In this document: piece by piece, positions 41,187 to 51,633 of the stretch
Layout of the letters: every line of letters begins with the position of its first letter
How positions within the stretch are numbered: position 1 is the first letter of the stretch
Source of the DNA: an uncultured Methanomicrobiales archaeon
GTDB taxonomy: Archaea > Halobacteriota > Methanomicrobia > Methanomicrobiales > Methanospirillaceae
Direction of reading: 5' to 3'
DNA length: 64,000 bases
NCBI GenBank assembly: GCA_963815625.1
Contig: CAWFHG010000004.1
Span: 14,667 to 78,666, forward strand
Notes under the pieces: model-generated
What the model was told of the DNA's origin: nothing
What the model saw: only the letters and a program-made list of their open reading frames with translations
Databases searched by the model: none
Made by a program: the position numbers and the translations under genes

Positions 41187-42419
41187 ATGAAAACAGGGGC
41201 TTTTTTTGTTGCCGGATTACTGGTTACCGGGATCATCCTGTGCGGATGCATGGAAACATCATCCGGCACAAAGTCAAAGGACACCGTTATCGGGGCCCTG
41301 GTCCCGCTCACCGGGGATTGGAGCTCAAAAGGAGTAAACTTCAATGCTGCGATAGCCCTCGCGGCAAACGATACTAATGCAAACCTGGCATCAATGGGAT
41401 CCAGTCACAGGGTTCGCCTTTTAGTGGAAGACACCGGGACAGACCCCACAATCGCCTTAGATAAAATAAAGAAATTACAACAGGAAGGTGCCCGGATTGT
41501 CGTCGGTCCTGCCACCAGTGCAGAAATCGCCGCCGTAAAAGACTGGGCGGACCAGCATGGAGTCGTTATCATCGGCTATGCGAGCACATCCCCGGCTCTT
41601 TCTGTTCCCGGTGACAACGTGTTCAGGTTAGTACCGGATGACACACGACAAGGAGAAGCAATGGCCGGGTACCTTAACAAGTCCGTAATCAGGGTAATTA
41701 TCCCGGTAGCCAGAAATGATATGTGGGGTAAAGGCCTGTTAAATGCGACTAAATCCCGTTTCGAACAAAATGGAGGAATTGTTTTGGGCGGTTATTTTTT
41801 TGAACCGGGTACGAGGGACTTCACGCCGGTCCTTACGAACCTGTCGGACCGGATTATTTCGGCACGGCAGCAATATGGTAACAATTCTGTAGGGGTGTAT
41901 GCAATCGGCTTCGATGAAATGGTCCCACTCCTGTCCGGCGCCTCGGTTTACCCGGCCCTTGCAACCGTAAAATGGTTCGGGAGTGATGGTGCGGCAAAAT
42001 CCGATGCGCTGGTAAAAAATGTATCCGCTGCCGGTTTTGCTGAAATTACCGGGTTTTACAGCCCGGTCTACGGAGAAGAGGATGAATCCGGAGGATTCCA
42101 AGATGTTAAACAAAGGATCCAGGAAACGACAGGGGTTGCCCCAGACCCGTATTCCCTTGCGGCTTATGATGCAACGATAATTGCCGCACAGTCGCTCCTG
42201 AATTCGCAGGATACATCGTACGATCAATTGAAGAAAGTTGTCGAATTAACAGCTGGCTATTATTACGGTGTTACCGGGTGGACAAAATTTGTCGAATCAG
42301 GGGACCGGGCATATGCAGTCTATGGATTCTGGACCATCAAAAAAATAAACGGTGTCCCCATATGGGTGCAGGTCGCACGTTTCCGGAGTGATCCCGACCA
42401 GCCGGGCCAATTTACCTGA
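41187..42419 (+). CDS. ABC transporter substrate-binding lipoprotein (type 1 periplasmic-binding fold, Leu/Ile/Val-binding-like)
   Basis: Signal peptide with Cys lipobox-like ILCGC. GALVPLTGDWSSKG, VVGPATS and other PBP1 features. No permease or ATPase genes are adjacent. Confidence 0.75.
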   Translation: MKTGAFFVAGLLVTGIILCGCMETSSGTKSKDTVIGALVPLTGDWSSKGVNFNAAIALAANDTNANLASMGSSHRVRLLVEDTGTDPTIALDKIKKLQQEGARIVVGPATSAEIAAVKDWADQHGVVIIGYASTSPALSVPGDNVFRLVPDDTRQGEAMAGYLNKSVIRVIIPVARNDMWGKGLLNATKSRFEQNGGIVLGGYFFEPGTRDFTPVLTNLSDRIISARQQYGNNSVGVYAIGFDEMVPLLSGASVYPALATVKWFGSDGAAKSDALVKNVSAAGFAEITGFYSPVYGEEDESGGFQDVKQRIQETTGVAPDPYSLAAYDATIIAAQSLLNSQDTSYDQLKKVVELTAGYYYGVTGWTKFVESGDRAYAVYGFWTIKKINGVPIWVQVARFRSDPDQPGQFT

Positions 42420-42695
42420 TTTATTTGGCCGGAAAAATTTAATTTTCCAAGATTTGTTGAATTCCCTCGATGAATGGGATATTTTGGCGAACAGATTGGA
42501 TATCTGATATCTTTTTTTTTCATCCCGGGTATTGCAACAGGTATTGGTATTCATCTGGAGGAAACATCATCTCAACCTGCCGAACTTATTTCCGTTAAAA
42601 AAGGAGATGTACTGATACGCTACAACAGGTAATTCGCAGCACCAGTAATACCTGGACCTGTAAGATAACAGAACCTCCCCGGAGTCAATGGAAAA

Positions 42696-44062
42696 ATGGC
42701 AGTAGAAAAATTACAAAAACGATTGTTCGGGACGAACGGTGTCAGGGGCATTGTCGGAAAGGACATGACACCCGAACTTGTCCTCTCGATCGGTCTCGCA
42801 TTCGGATCGATGCGTAAAGGCCGTATTGCAGTAGGCAGGGACTCAAGAACGTCCGGGGAAAGTCTCGCAAATGCCGTAAAAGCAGGGCTGATGGCAACGG
42901 GATGTGATGTGGTAGATTGTGGCATGCTTCCGACACCGGCCCTCCAGTACATCGTGATGCACCACTTTGATGGCGGCGCGATGATCACCGCCTCGCATAA
43001 TCCCCCGGAATATAACGGGGTTAAAATTATCGAACCTGACGGTACCGAGATGGGAGACGAGCAGACGGTTCTCCTCGAAGAGCGTATATTTTCAAGGAGT
43101 TTCGATATACAGACCTGGGAACATGTCGGTTCCGGGACTATTGCCACCGGGCTGGTCGATTCATATACCGATGCGATAATCCGGTCGGTGCCTGAAAATA
43201 TCGGTAATAATATGTCGGTCGTGGTCGACCCCGGGTGCGGCGCTGCCTCGGTCACAACGCCAAAAATCCTGACCGGCCTTGGGTGCCGGGTATTCTCGAT
43301 TAATGCCCAGGTCGACGGTCATTTTCCCGGTCGTCTCCCTGAACCTTCCCTCGACGGGCTTAAGGGGCTGGCCGATCTTGTCAGGTCGACCGGATCGGCG
43401 TTCGGGGTAGCTCATGACGGCGATGCGGACAGGGCAGTATTTGTTGATGAAAATGGCCACTTTATCGAAGAAAACCAGGAATTCGCCCTTATAGCAGATT
43501 ACATCTGCAGCACGAGGTGTGGGGTGGTCGTCACACCGGTCAGTTCATCCCTGCTTGTAGAGACTGTTGTGAAAAAGCACGGGGGATCTGTTGTGTATAC
43601 CCCCGTCGGTAGCATTTATGTAGCCAGGACCATGAGAGACCTTCTTGATAAGGGGGAAAAAGTCGTATTTGGTGGAGAAGGGAATGGTGGTCTAATCTTT
43701 CCCGATCACCAGTTCTGCCGTGATGGGGGTATGACTGCCACGATGATGGTCGCAATTCTTGCCAGTTCAGGGCTCCCGTTATCAAAGCTTATCGATAACT
43801 ACCACGGTTCCATATGATAAAAGAAAAAATCCGGACAGCGACTCCGGAGCGTCTTATCGAACAGCTTAGGAAGTCATGCAAGGGTTATCAGATCGACCTG
43901 ACAGACGGTCTTCGGATAACGAAGGGCGATGCCTGGGCACTCATCAGGCCATCAGGAACAGAACCCCTCGTCCGCGTGATGGTGGAATCGTCTGAACCGG
44001 ACTCGGCCAGACAATTTTACCAGGAGATAATGGAATATATCGGCCCCGGTAACAACGTCTGA
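42696..44062 (+). CDS. glmM: phosphoglucosamine mutase / phosphohexomutase (frameshift near 43798)
   Basis: FGTNGVRG, active-site TASHNPPEYNGVK and AHDGDADR in ORF 42696. The C-terminal domain (RPSGTEPLVRVMVE) is in ORF 43814..44062. Confidence 0.85.
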
Positions 44063-44453
44063 ATGATTTAACTCTTTTCCAATCCCTGAATCCGGGGCAT
44101 TCATCCGTACTTTTGAAAATATGAATCAGATCCTGGTTTTTCCGATCGGTTCTCCGGATGAACTCAAAAGAGAAACTCTTATATGACATTTGTCTTAACT
44201 CAAACTGTTATACGACCATTGAATTACGTGTGGTTGTTTCCACCAGGATCGGAGTCTCGGAACATGGACATTTTCATGCAGCAGTGCGATATTGCCCGTT
44301 TGATGATTTGGTATGAGGAAACACCATCCTGCCACCACCCGGAATTCTTTGCAATGGGGGCAGATTTTTAGTGCATATTCAAAGACTAAGAACAAATAAT
44401 TCCTTGCCCGGAGACCGGATCCCTGGTAATGAAGAAGATCTGGCCCGGAGAAT

Positions 44454-44735
44454 ATGAGAATGCAGACAATAGAGATCCATGTATCGGGAAAGGTCCAGAA
44501 AGTCGGATTCCGGAGTTGTGTTAAACGAATTGCACAGAAACTTAACATTCGTGGCGAGGTGATGAACCTTCCGGACGGTTCGGTCCGTATTCTCTCAACC
44601 GGAGAAAAAATTGTCCTTGATAAGTTTATATCTATGATATATGGTTGTCCGCGTGCGGTAATCAGGGATATGAAGACAACAGACCTGGAATTTCAGGAGT
44701 TTAACGAGTTCTCCGTAATCAAACCAAATATCTGA
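44454..44735 (+). CDS. acyP: acylphosphatase
   Basis: VSGKVQKVGFRSCV and GEVMNLPDGSVRI motifs. 93 aa. Confidence 0.85.
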   Translation: MRMQTIEIHVSGKVQKVGFRSCVKRIAQKLNIRGEVMNLPDGSVRILSTGEKIVLDKFISMIYGCPRAVIRDMKTTDLEFQEFNEFSVIKPNI

Positions 44736-45190
44736 TGAAGAATTGTTATTATTATTAATCATTGGCTCTTTCTCGCTTTTTCTTTATCATGTCCATGATT
44801 GATTTAATAAAAAGAATTCATGTTTTCAGTATTCCGGTGTTTTAAAAAAATTACGAGAGTCTAAAATCAATTTAATAAAGTTAAATCAGCCAGATATTAC
44901 TCATTTCTGTTTAAATTCAAAAAGATTCCACATTTTTTTCCTCCGGGTCTTCTGCACACATACTCTATTATAAACCTTATATTGCTATACAATATTGCTA
45001 GCCGCTTAAACACCGACGGGACGTTCTTTTATTAATAGTATGAACGATTTTTACCAAAACCAGTCCTGGATTATAAAATGCGTCCTTGTCGGCCACTGAG
45101 GGTAGTACAAGTACAACGAAAATTGGTTGTAATCGACACCAGGTCATATAATAACTGAAAAAAATCGGATCAATAAAAAAGGTGGAATTT

Positions 45191-46116
45191 TTACCGCTCA
45201 ATGATGTAATCTGTTTTTTCCAGTAGAGACTGGCGCAGGGTTGCCACCTGACGATCAATGAGATCCTGGTTAATGGTTCCATGGAAAAGTTGGATCAGTT
45301 CTTTCATGCAGGGGTCAGAAAGAATACACCGGGTGGGGCCGCGCTCGAAGTCCTGCTCGAGGAGATCCTCCCTGACGAACCTGATTGCTTCCCTGTCAAT
45401 CATGTCTGCCTTAAAGGGTTCCATGATATCATAGACTAGAGCTGATTTGCCACGGTTCAACATGCCGATATCGGGATCAAGACTGGCCCCGGTTACTGAG
45501 AACATAACATTCCCAAATAACATTGCATAACCAAATGCGAATATCGAATTGACAGGATCGTGGTATGGCCTGTCAGTCCGCCGCCTGAACCCAAACTCAG
45601 GGGGAGTGCGCGTGAAAGGACTTCGTAGTACATATCGTTAGTCAGTCGCTCGATCCTCCGGATCTCGCTGATTTTGATGAGATATTCCAGTTCATCAAAC
45701 GCATTTGAAAAAATTTGTAATTCTCCTTCATAAAAAAGTTCACTGCCCACAATTTCACCAAGTCTCCCGATAAGGAGGGTTTTGGATTTCATTGAGGCCC
45801 TTGCTATCGAAACAGCATAACGATAATTCGGTTCGTCCTTCTGGATTTTTGAAAATTTCTCCTCATCCTTGCTATCGAACGGACGAATTGTTCCAATTGG
45901 TTTACCATCAGCTTCAAAAAATGATAACCGGGCCCCTTTTTTCACAAGGTTCGCTATGGCAGGTGTATGGAGGGTATGGCCACCAATGATCAGGAGATGA
46001 CGTATTGACTCAAGCGGGTATTCCTCGGTTATTCCTTCTTTTTGCACGAACAATGTGTTCCGTGTCGATTTGATATGGGCACCAAAACCGGCCACTACAA
46101 GCCAGGGGACATCCAC
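45191..46116 (-). CDS. cas1: stand-alone Cas1-like integrase homologue (frameshift in the G5/C5 run at 45600-45604)
   Basis: N-terminal beta domain (LVVAGFGAHIKSTRNTLFV...SIRHLLIIGGHTLHTPAIANLVKKGARLSFFEADGKPIG). After frame repair the C-terminal domain reads IERLTNDMYYEVLSRALPPEFGFRRRTDRPYHDPVNSIFAFGYAMLFGNV...SLDPDIGMLNRGKSALVYDIMEPFKADMID, which follows the Cas1 consensus. Confidence 0.8.
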
Positions 46117-46522
46117 GTGATTCCTTTCCTAAAAAGCCAGTATTCGAGCCTCTATAACTATTAAAAACGTGACACCAATAAATTAAGGCATCGTTTTTTT
46201 ACATTGATACAATCGGTTACTGCTGACAGGAGATTATGTAAAAGAACAGTCATTAAATCGGAAGGACAAATACCACTGCGACGTGTGTCCCCGCAATTAT
46301 CTGAAGGGAGGAGGATCGGTTACAGAATCGTGCCATGGTTCCATTAACACCATGCCGTGTTTTGACAACCTTATATACACGCCGCGATAATATTGTTTTG
46401 AGATATAACCGAAATCCGGCAGGATTTGAGCAGGAAATTTTGGTTCGGTGATAGGATGAGAATCCGAATAACATCCGGGAGATCGTTTGAACTCAGATCG
46501 GTTCCGGGAGGAGATGCAGGGA

Positions 46523-47812
46523 ATGTTCTGGGATGAAGGTAAAGAAACGCTGGCGCCGGATGAACTGGCAATACTCCAGCTGAAACGACTGAAAAAAACG
46601 TTGAAAAGTGCTCAGAATATAGAATTTTACCGCAACCAGTTTTCTGAATCTGGGATCAGGGTATCTGACATCCGGACACTCGAAGATGTCAGGAAACTTC
46701 CTTTTACAAAGAAACAGGATCTCAGAAGCGGTTATCCCTTTGGATTTCTGGCAGTACCGCTTAAACATGTAGTCAGGATACATACAACTTCCGGGACAAC
46801 CGGTAAACCGACAGTAGTCTGCTATACCAGGAATGATCTGGAGGCCTGGTCGGAGCTTATCGCAAGGAATATGACGATGATCGGACTTGGGGAAAATGAC
46901 GTATTCCAGAATATGGTTAATTATGGCATGTTTACCGGTGGCCTGGGATTCCACTACGGTGCTGAAAAGATCGGGATGACGGTGATCCCGAGTGCAACGG
47001 GTAATACAACACGACAGATAGAAATGATCCAGGATTTCGGGGTTACAGCAATTCATTGTACACCAAGTTATGCAATGCATCTGGCAGAGGTTGCAGAGGA
47101 ACGACATGCAGACCTTCCTTCTTTGAAAACCGGGATCTTTGGAGCCGAACCATGGTCTGAATCGATGAGATCGGAGCTCGAAGAAAAACTCGGGGTGACG
47201 GCGTACGATTCTTATGGCCTTTCAGAATTATTCGGGCCTGGAGTTGCATTCGAATGCACGGAAAGGAACGGTCTTCATATCTGGCATGACTACTACCTTG
47301 TCGAGATAATCAATCCGCAGACAGGAGAAGTACTGGATAGCGGGGAGCGTGGGGAACTCGTCGTAACACCCCTGTTAAAGGAGGCTATGCCATTGCTCAG
47401 GTACCGGACAGGTGACGTTACCTTCAGGATGGAGGATGGGTGCCTGTGCAGGCGTATGCCGAAGATCGGAAGAATTACGGGTAGAAGTGATGATATGCTT
47501 GTAATCAGGGGAATAAACGTCTTTCCATCACAGATTGAACATGTTCTTCTTTCCATGCCAGAGGTTGGAAACCAGTTTATGGTATACATCGACCGGGTCA
47601 ACCACCTTGATGAGATGTCAATCGAGGTCGAGATGAACCGTGAGTATTTCCATGGTGAACTCCAGGACCTCGCAAGGATCCAGGCGAAAGTCGTAAAAGG
47701 CCTTCGGGATGTGCTTGAACTCCGGACATCGGTAAAATTGGTCGAACCTGGTTCCCTCCCGAGGTTTGAAGGGAAAGCAAAAAGGGTAATCGATCGAAGA
47801 GGTGACATGTAA
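46523..47812 (+). CDS. phenylacetate--CoA ligase family adenylate-forming enzyme (PaaK / coenzyme F390 synthetase-like), copy 1
   Basis: MFWDEGKETL start about 10 nt after GGAGGAG. HTTSGTTGKPT P-loop, YGLSE, and PRFEGKAKRVIDRR at the C-terminus. Confidence 0.85.
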   Translation: MFWDEGKETLAPDELAILQLKRLKKTLKSAQNIEFYRNQFSESGIRVSDIRTLEDVRKLPFTKKQDLRSGYPFGFLAVPLKHVVRIHTTSGTTGKPTVVCYTRNDLEAWSELIARNMTMIGLGENDVFQNMVNYGMFTGGLGFHYGAEKIGMTVIPSATGNTTRQIEMIQDFGVTAIHCTPSYAMHLAEVAEERHADLPSLKTGIFGAEPWSESMRSELEEKLGVTAYDSYGLSELFGPGVAFECTERNGLHIWHDYYLVEIINPQTGEVLDSGERGELVVTPLLKEAMPLLRYRTGDVTFRMEDGCLCRRMPKIGRITGRSDDMLVIRGINVFPSQIEHVLLSMPEVGNQFMVYIDRVNHLDEMSIEVEMNREYFHGELQDLARIQAKVVKGLRDVLELRTSVKLVEPGSLPRFEGKAKRVIDRRGDM

Positions 47813-47814
47813 CT

Positions 47815-49116
47815 ATGGTGATGTGGGACCCGACAATCGAGCAAATGCCGAAGGAAGATATCAGGAAACTCCAGTACCGCCTGCTGAAGACCCTTGTGAA
47901 CCGGTTATATAGCTTTTCCCCATTTTATCATGACCGGATGAAACAGGCAAAGATCCATCCCGATGACATAACCACTCTTGCCGACGTTAAAAAACTCCCT
48001 TTCATGTACAAGGCGGATCTTCGGGATAATTACCCGGACCAGCTTTTCACTGCCACAAGGGATGAGTTGGTCAGGTACCATGTTTCATCCGGAACTACCG
48101 GAAAACCTACCGTGGTCGGATATACCGCGCATGATCTTGATAACTGGACCGTCTCGCTGGCCCGGGGCCTTGTCTCGTGCGGGCTCGGCCGGGGCGACGT
48201 GATACAAGTGAGTTATGGGTATGGGTTGTTCACCGGGGGACTTGGGCTTCACTATGGTGCGGAAAGGATTGGGGCCACCGTCCTACCGACAAGTGTCGGA
48301 AATACCGAGCGGCAGATCGAACTCATGCAGGACCTACATGCGACCGCAATCTGTTGCACACCTTCATATCTTCTCCATATGGGAGAGGTCGCAGAGAAGA
48401 TGGGCATTAGTATCAAGAAAGACACGGATCTCACGACCGGCATTCTTGGTGCGGAGCCATGGACCGACCTGATGCGGTCCCGGATGCAGGAATGGCTGGG
48501 AATCAGGGCATATGACATCTATGGGACCAGTGAACTTTCGGGTCCGATGTTCGTTGAATGCACGGAGCAGAAAGGATTCCACATATGGTCCGACCTGGCC
48601 CTCGTCGAAGTGCTCGACAAGGATACCGGAGAGACAATGGCGCCTGGGGAAAGAGGGGAACTCGTAATCACAATGCTCCAGAAAGAAGCACTCCCGATGA
48701 TCAGGTTCCGGATAGGGGATGTATCCGTCCTTGACGAGGAGCCCTGTGCATGTGGGCGGACCCATCCGCGTGTCCGGCGCATCCAGGGAAGGGTTGATGA
48801 TATGCTGATTATCAGGGGAATCAATGTCTTCCCATCCCAGGTGGAACATACTCTGATGTCGATCCCCGAAGTAGGGCAGCACTTTCAGATCGTGGTCGAT
48901 CGCCGGGGCGCGCTTGACGATATGCTCGTACGGGTCGAGATCTCAAAAGATGCATTTTCAGACAAAATCAACGACCTGATGCAGATCAGGTCCAATGTAG
49001 AGCACAAACTCCGTAATGCCCTTAATGTTAGCGTAAATGTTGAACTGGTCGAGCCAGGGTCACTACCCCGGTTCGAAGGAAAATCAAAGAAGGTTATTGA
49101 CAGGAGGAATCTGTAA
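47815..49116 (+). CDS. phenylacetate--CoA ligase family enzyme, copy 2
   Basis: Paralogue of the preceding gene (HVSSGTTGKPT, YGTSE, PRFEGKSKKVIDRR). It starts 3 nt after the copy 1 stop. Confidence 0.85.
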   Translation: MVMWDPTIEQMPKEDIRKLQYRLLKTLVNRLYSFSPFYHDRMKQAKIHPDDITTLADVKKLPFMYKADLRDNYPDQLFTATRDELVRYHVSSGTTGKPTVVGYTAHDLDNWTVSLARGLVSCGLGRGDVIQVSYGYGLFTGGLGLHYGAERIGATVLPTSVGNTERQIELMQDLHATAICCTPSYLLHMGEVAEKMGISIKKDTDLTTGILGAEPWTDLMRSRMQEWLGIRAYDIYGTSELSGPMFVECTEQKGFHIWSDLALVEVLDKDTGETMAPGERGELVITMLQKEALPMIRFRIGDVSVLDEEPCACGRTHPRVRRIQGRVDDMLIIRGINVFPSQVEHTLMSIPEVGQHFQIVVDRRGALDDMLVRVEISKDAFSDKINDLMQIRSNVEHKLRNALNVSVNVELVEPGSLPRFEGKSKKVIDRRNL

Positions 49117-49118
49117 CC

Positions 49119-49554
49119 ATGGAGGTAAAGGACTATATCATCAGGCAGATCTCGGTTTTCTCCGAGAACAAACCGGGAAGGCTGGCATCCATAGCAAAGG
49201 CATTCCAGGAGGAAAAAATAAACATCCTCGCGTTTTCCATCGCAGAGGCTGACGGGTTCGGGGTCGTACGGGCACTTGTCAACCACCCCGACAAGGCATT
49301 TAAGAAACTTACGTCTCTTGGCTATAACGTGGCGTTCACAGACGTGATCGCAGTAAAAATGAAGGACCAGCCAGGAGGTCTTTTTGAGATTGCCAGAGCT
49401 TCTGGGTGAGGCTGGGATTAATATGGAATATGCCTATGCCTATTCCGGAAAAGAAGCCGCAGTCCTGATTATCAGGGTCGACCACGTTGATGAGGCCGTC
49501 AGACGCATCCTTACCCAGGGTGGAACGCTGATAGAAGCGAAAATCTTCAGCTGA
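49119..49554 (+). CDS. ACT-domain protein (frameshift near 49398)
   Basis: Two ACT-like halves. ISVFSENKPGRLASIAKAF... is in ORF 49119. LLGEAGINMEYAYAYSGKEAAVLIIRVDHVDEAV... is in another frame, ending at TGA 49552-49554. It starts 3 nt after the second ligase gene. Confidence 0.7.
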
Positions 49555-49577
49555 TCGTTACATCAGCTGGATCCGGC

Positions 49578-50871
49578 CTATCTCTTTTTCTCCCATTTAG
49601 AAAGTGCCGAGACCTGGGAGAGGGTGCTGCCCCGGCGAATCTCTTCCCTGATCCGCTCTTCCGTCTTTTTTACCTCGAGGGCACGGCGGGCAACCTCGTA
49701 GGCACGTTCTTTCGGGACCACCACAACCCCGCTCTCGTCCCCTATTATCCAGTCTCCCGGCCTGACGGTCTGCCCGCAGCATGAGATCTCTGCATTAATC
49801 TCCCCAAGTCCCTTGGGTTCACCGGCATTCGGGACCGTTGCCCTTGCAAAAACCGGGAACTTTAACCGCCTAATATCGTCAACGTCACGGACGGCACCAT
49901 CGATAACGACTCCCGATACTCCTTTTGTCATGCAGCTCATCGTGGCAAGTTCTCCCCAGGGGGCAACATGGGTCCCGGCATCATTATTGATCACGATTAC
50001 ATCTCCTGGCATCGCCTTGTCGATCGCTTCGACAGGTTTGGCCCAATCCCCTGCAAATGTCTGTACGGTAACCGCCTGCCCGATCATTTTCACGTCTCCA
50101 CACAAGGAAAAAATGCCGTTCATGGCCCCCTTCCGGTGCATCGCGTCGGAGATGTTAGGGGATGAAACCTTTTGGAAGATGTCACGGACACTCTCGCTGA
50201 CCGTGGATGCCGATGGGATTGTATCACCAGGCGAGTCAATTGAAGACCTTATCAGGGAGGTGCTGGTTTTCACGTCTGCAGAACGGGTTATCCACCCGCC
50301 AATAATGACGATATCGGCCCCCGACCTGACGGCTTCAGTTGCAGTGGAACTGTCAAGACCGCCGGCAACAGCGATGGGAACGGTAATACTTCCAACCAGT
50401 GAGACAAGGAGGTCGAGGGAACTTTTGCCGACCATCTGCTGGTCGATCCCAACATGGGCCACAATGATATCGATACCAAGATCCTCAAGTTCTTTCGCCC
50501 TGGCTCACCGGATTCCTTGTATTAATCAGGTCCGCCATCAGCCTTACCCCGAATGCAGAAGCGGCCCTGACGGCATCGGCAATGACTGTATCGTCGGCGT
50601 CACCGAGCAGACAGATGATGGTCGCACCTGCCTTCGCTGCCATTTCGACTTCCATCGCACCGGTATCGGCAACTTTCATATCGGCGACGATGGTCCGGTC
50701 CGGGAACTGTTCTGCAAGGGCACGGACTGCAGCCATACCCTCGCTTTTAATGAGGGGGGTTCCGGCTTCGATCCAGTCAGCCCCTCCCAGAACGGACTCT
50801 TTCGCAATTACAAGTGCCCGGTCCAGTTCTAATAGATCGAGCGCCACCTGCAGAACGGGCTTGTTCATCAA
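49578..50871 (-). CDS. hps: 3-hexulose-6-phosphate synthase fused to an RraA-like domain (frameshift near 50510)
   Basis: The OMP-decarboxylase-fold HPS N-terminus ([16 protein letters not shown]...[13 protein letters not shown]...ADMKVADTG) continues as [22 protein letters not shown]...VAGGL...GADIVIIGG. An RraA/demethylmenaquinone-methyltransferase-like domain follows ([13 protein letters not shown]...PGDVIVI...[24 protein letters not shown]). Confidence 0.8.
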
Positions 50872-51053
50872 AGAGGAATGTGAAGTGAGTGATGTTAAGA
50901 CTTACTGGGATCGGGATATTTCCAGGATTTGTTGTTCTTCGTACAGGGGAACAATAAGGCCGGAGGTGGCCGCAACTTCCATGAGATGCACAGTTCGACT
51001 GGATTTACAAAAAGATATCAATAGGATCCCGAAAATCCCACTTTATCTGGTGT

Positions 51054-51561
51054 TCAGTCCTCACCAAAGTAGTCCAGGAAGGTAATAGTACGGATATCCT
51101 TCTTCTCGGGGAGAGTAACATCCGCTGCAAAACCAGCAGGCAGGATGGAGACGAGGGCATATGATTCAGGCACCTTAAGTAGTTTCCTGACAGCTTCGGC
51201 GTAGTCCTTTTTTTCACCGGCGACCCAGCATGAGCCGACACCGTAAGACTGGAGCGCGAGGATCATATTTTCTGTGGCTGCGCAGCAGTCCTCAAGATAG
51301 TATTTAGCCGACCTTTTCACCAAATATTACAAAGCAGACCGGGGCGTCGGCGATAAATTTTCCATTATCGGTCAGTCCTGCCATTTTTTTCTTCAGGTCC
51401 GGGTCAGTGATTGCTCCGAAAAGCCATGGCTGGACATTCATGGCAGTCGGTGCAAGTCTTGCACATTCGAGGACATCCCTGATGATCCATTCCTCAATTT
51501 TCGTGTCTTTAAATTTCCTGACACTATGGCGGCACTTGATTATCGTCGTACCAAGGTTCAT
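51054..51561 (-). CDS. nitroreductase family protein (frameshift near 51310)
   Basis: RHSVRKF and APTAMNVQPW in ORF 51304..51561. AATENMILALQSYGVGSCWV is in ORF 51054..51323. Confidence 0.75.
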
Positions 51562-51633
51562 GAAATCCCATTGGTCCTGTCTTTTAAAAAAGGTTAGTAA
51601 ATGTTGGGATGTTTTCTTTCGGTCAAATAAAAA

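Noticed and set aside
44195-44548. 117-aa minus-strand ORF with a CPHC motif between glmM and acyP.
   Set aside because: Its only ATG lies inside the acyP coding region on the other strand. The remainder lacks a start codon and any recognisable motifs.
44736-46486. A CRISPR array, a cas2 gene or a complete casposon around the Cas1-like gene.
   Set aside because: No regularly spaced direct repeats are present. The only small ORF downstream of cas1 (56 aa, minus strand, about 45003-45150) has no Cas2-like ferredoxin-fold pattern in any frame. There is no family B polymerase and there are no long terminal inverted repeats.
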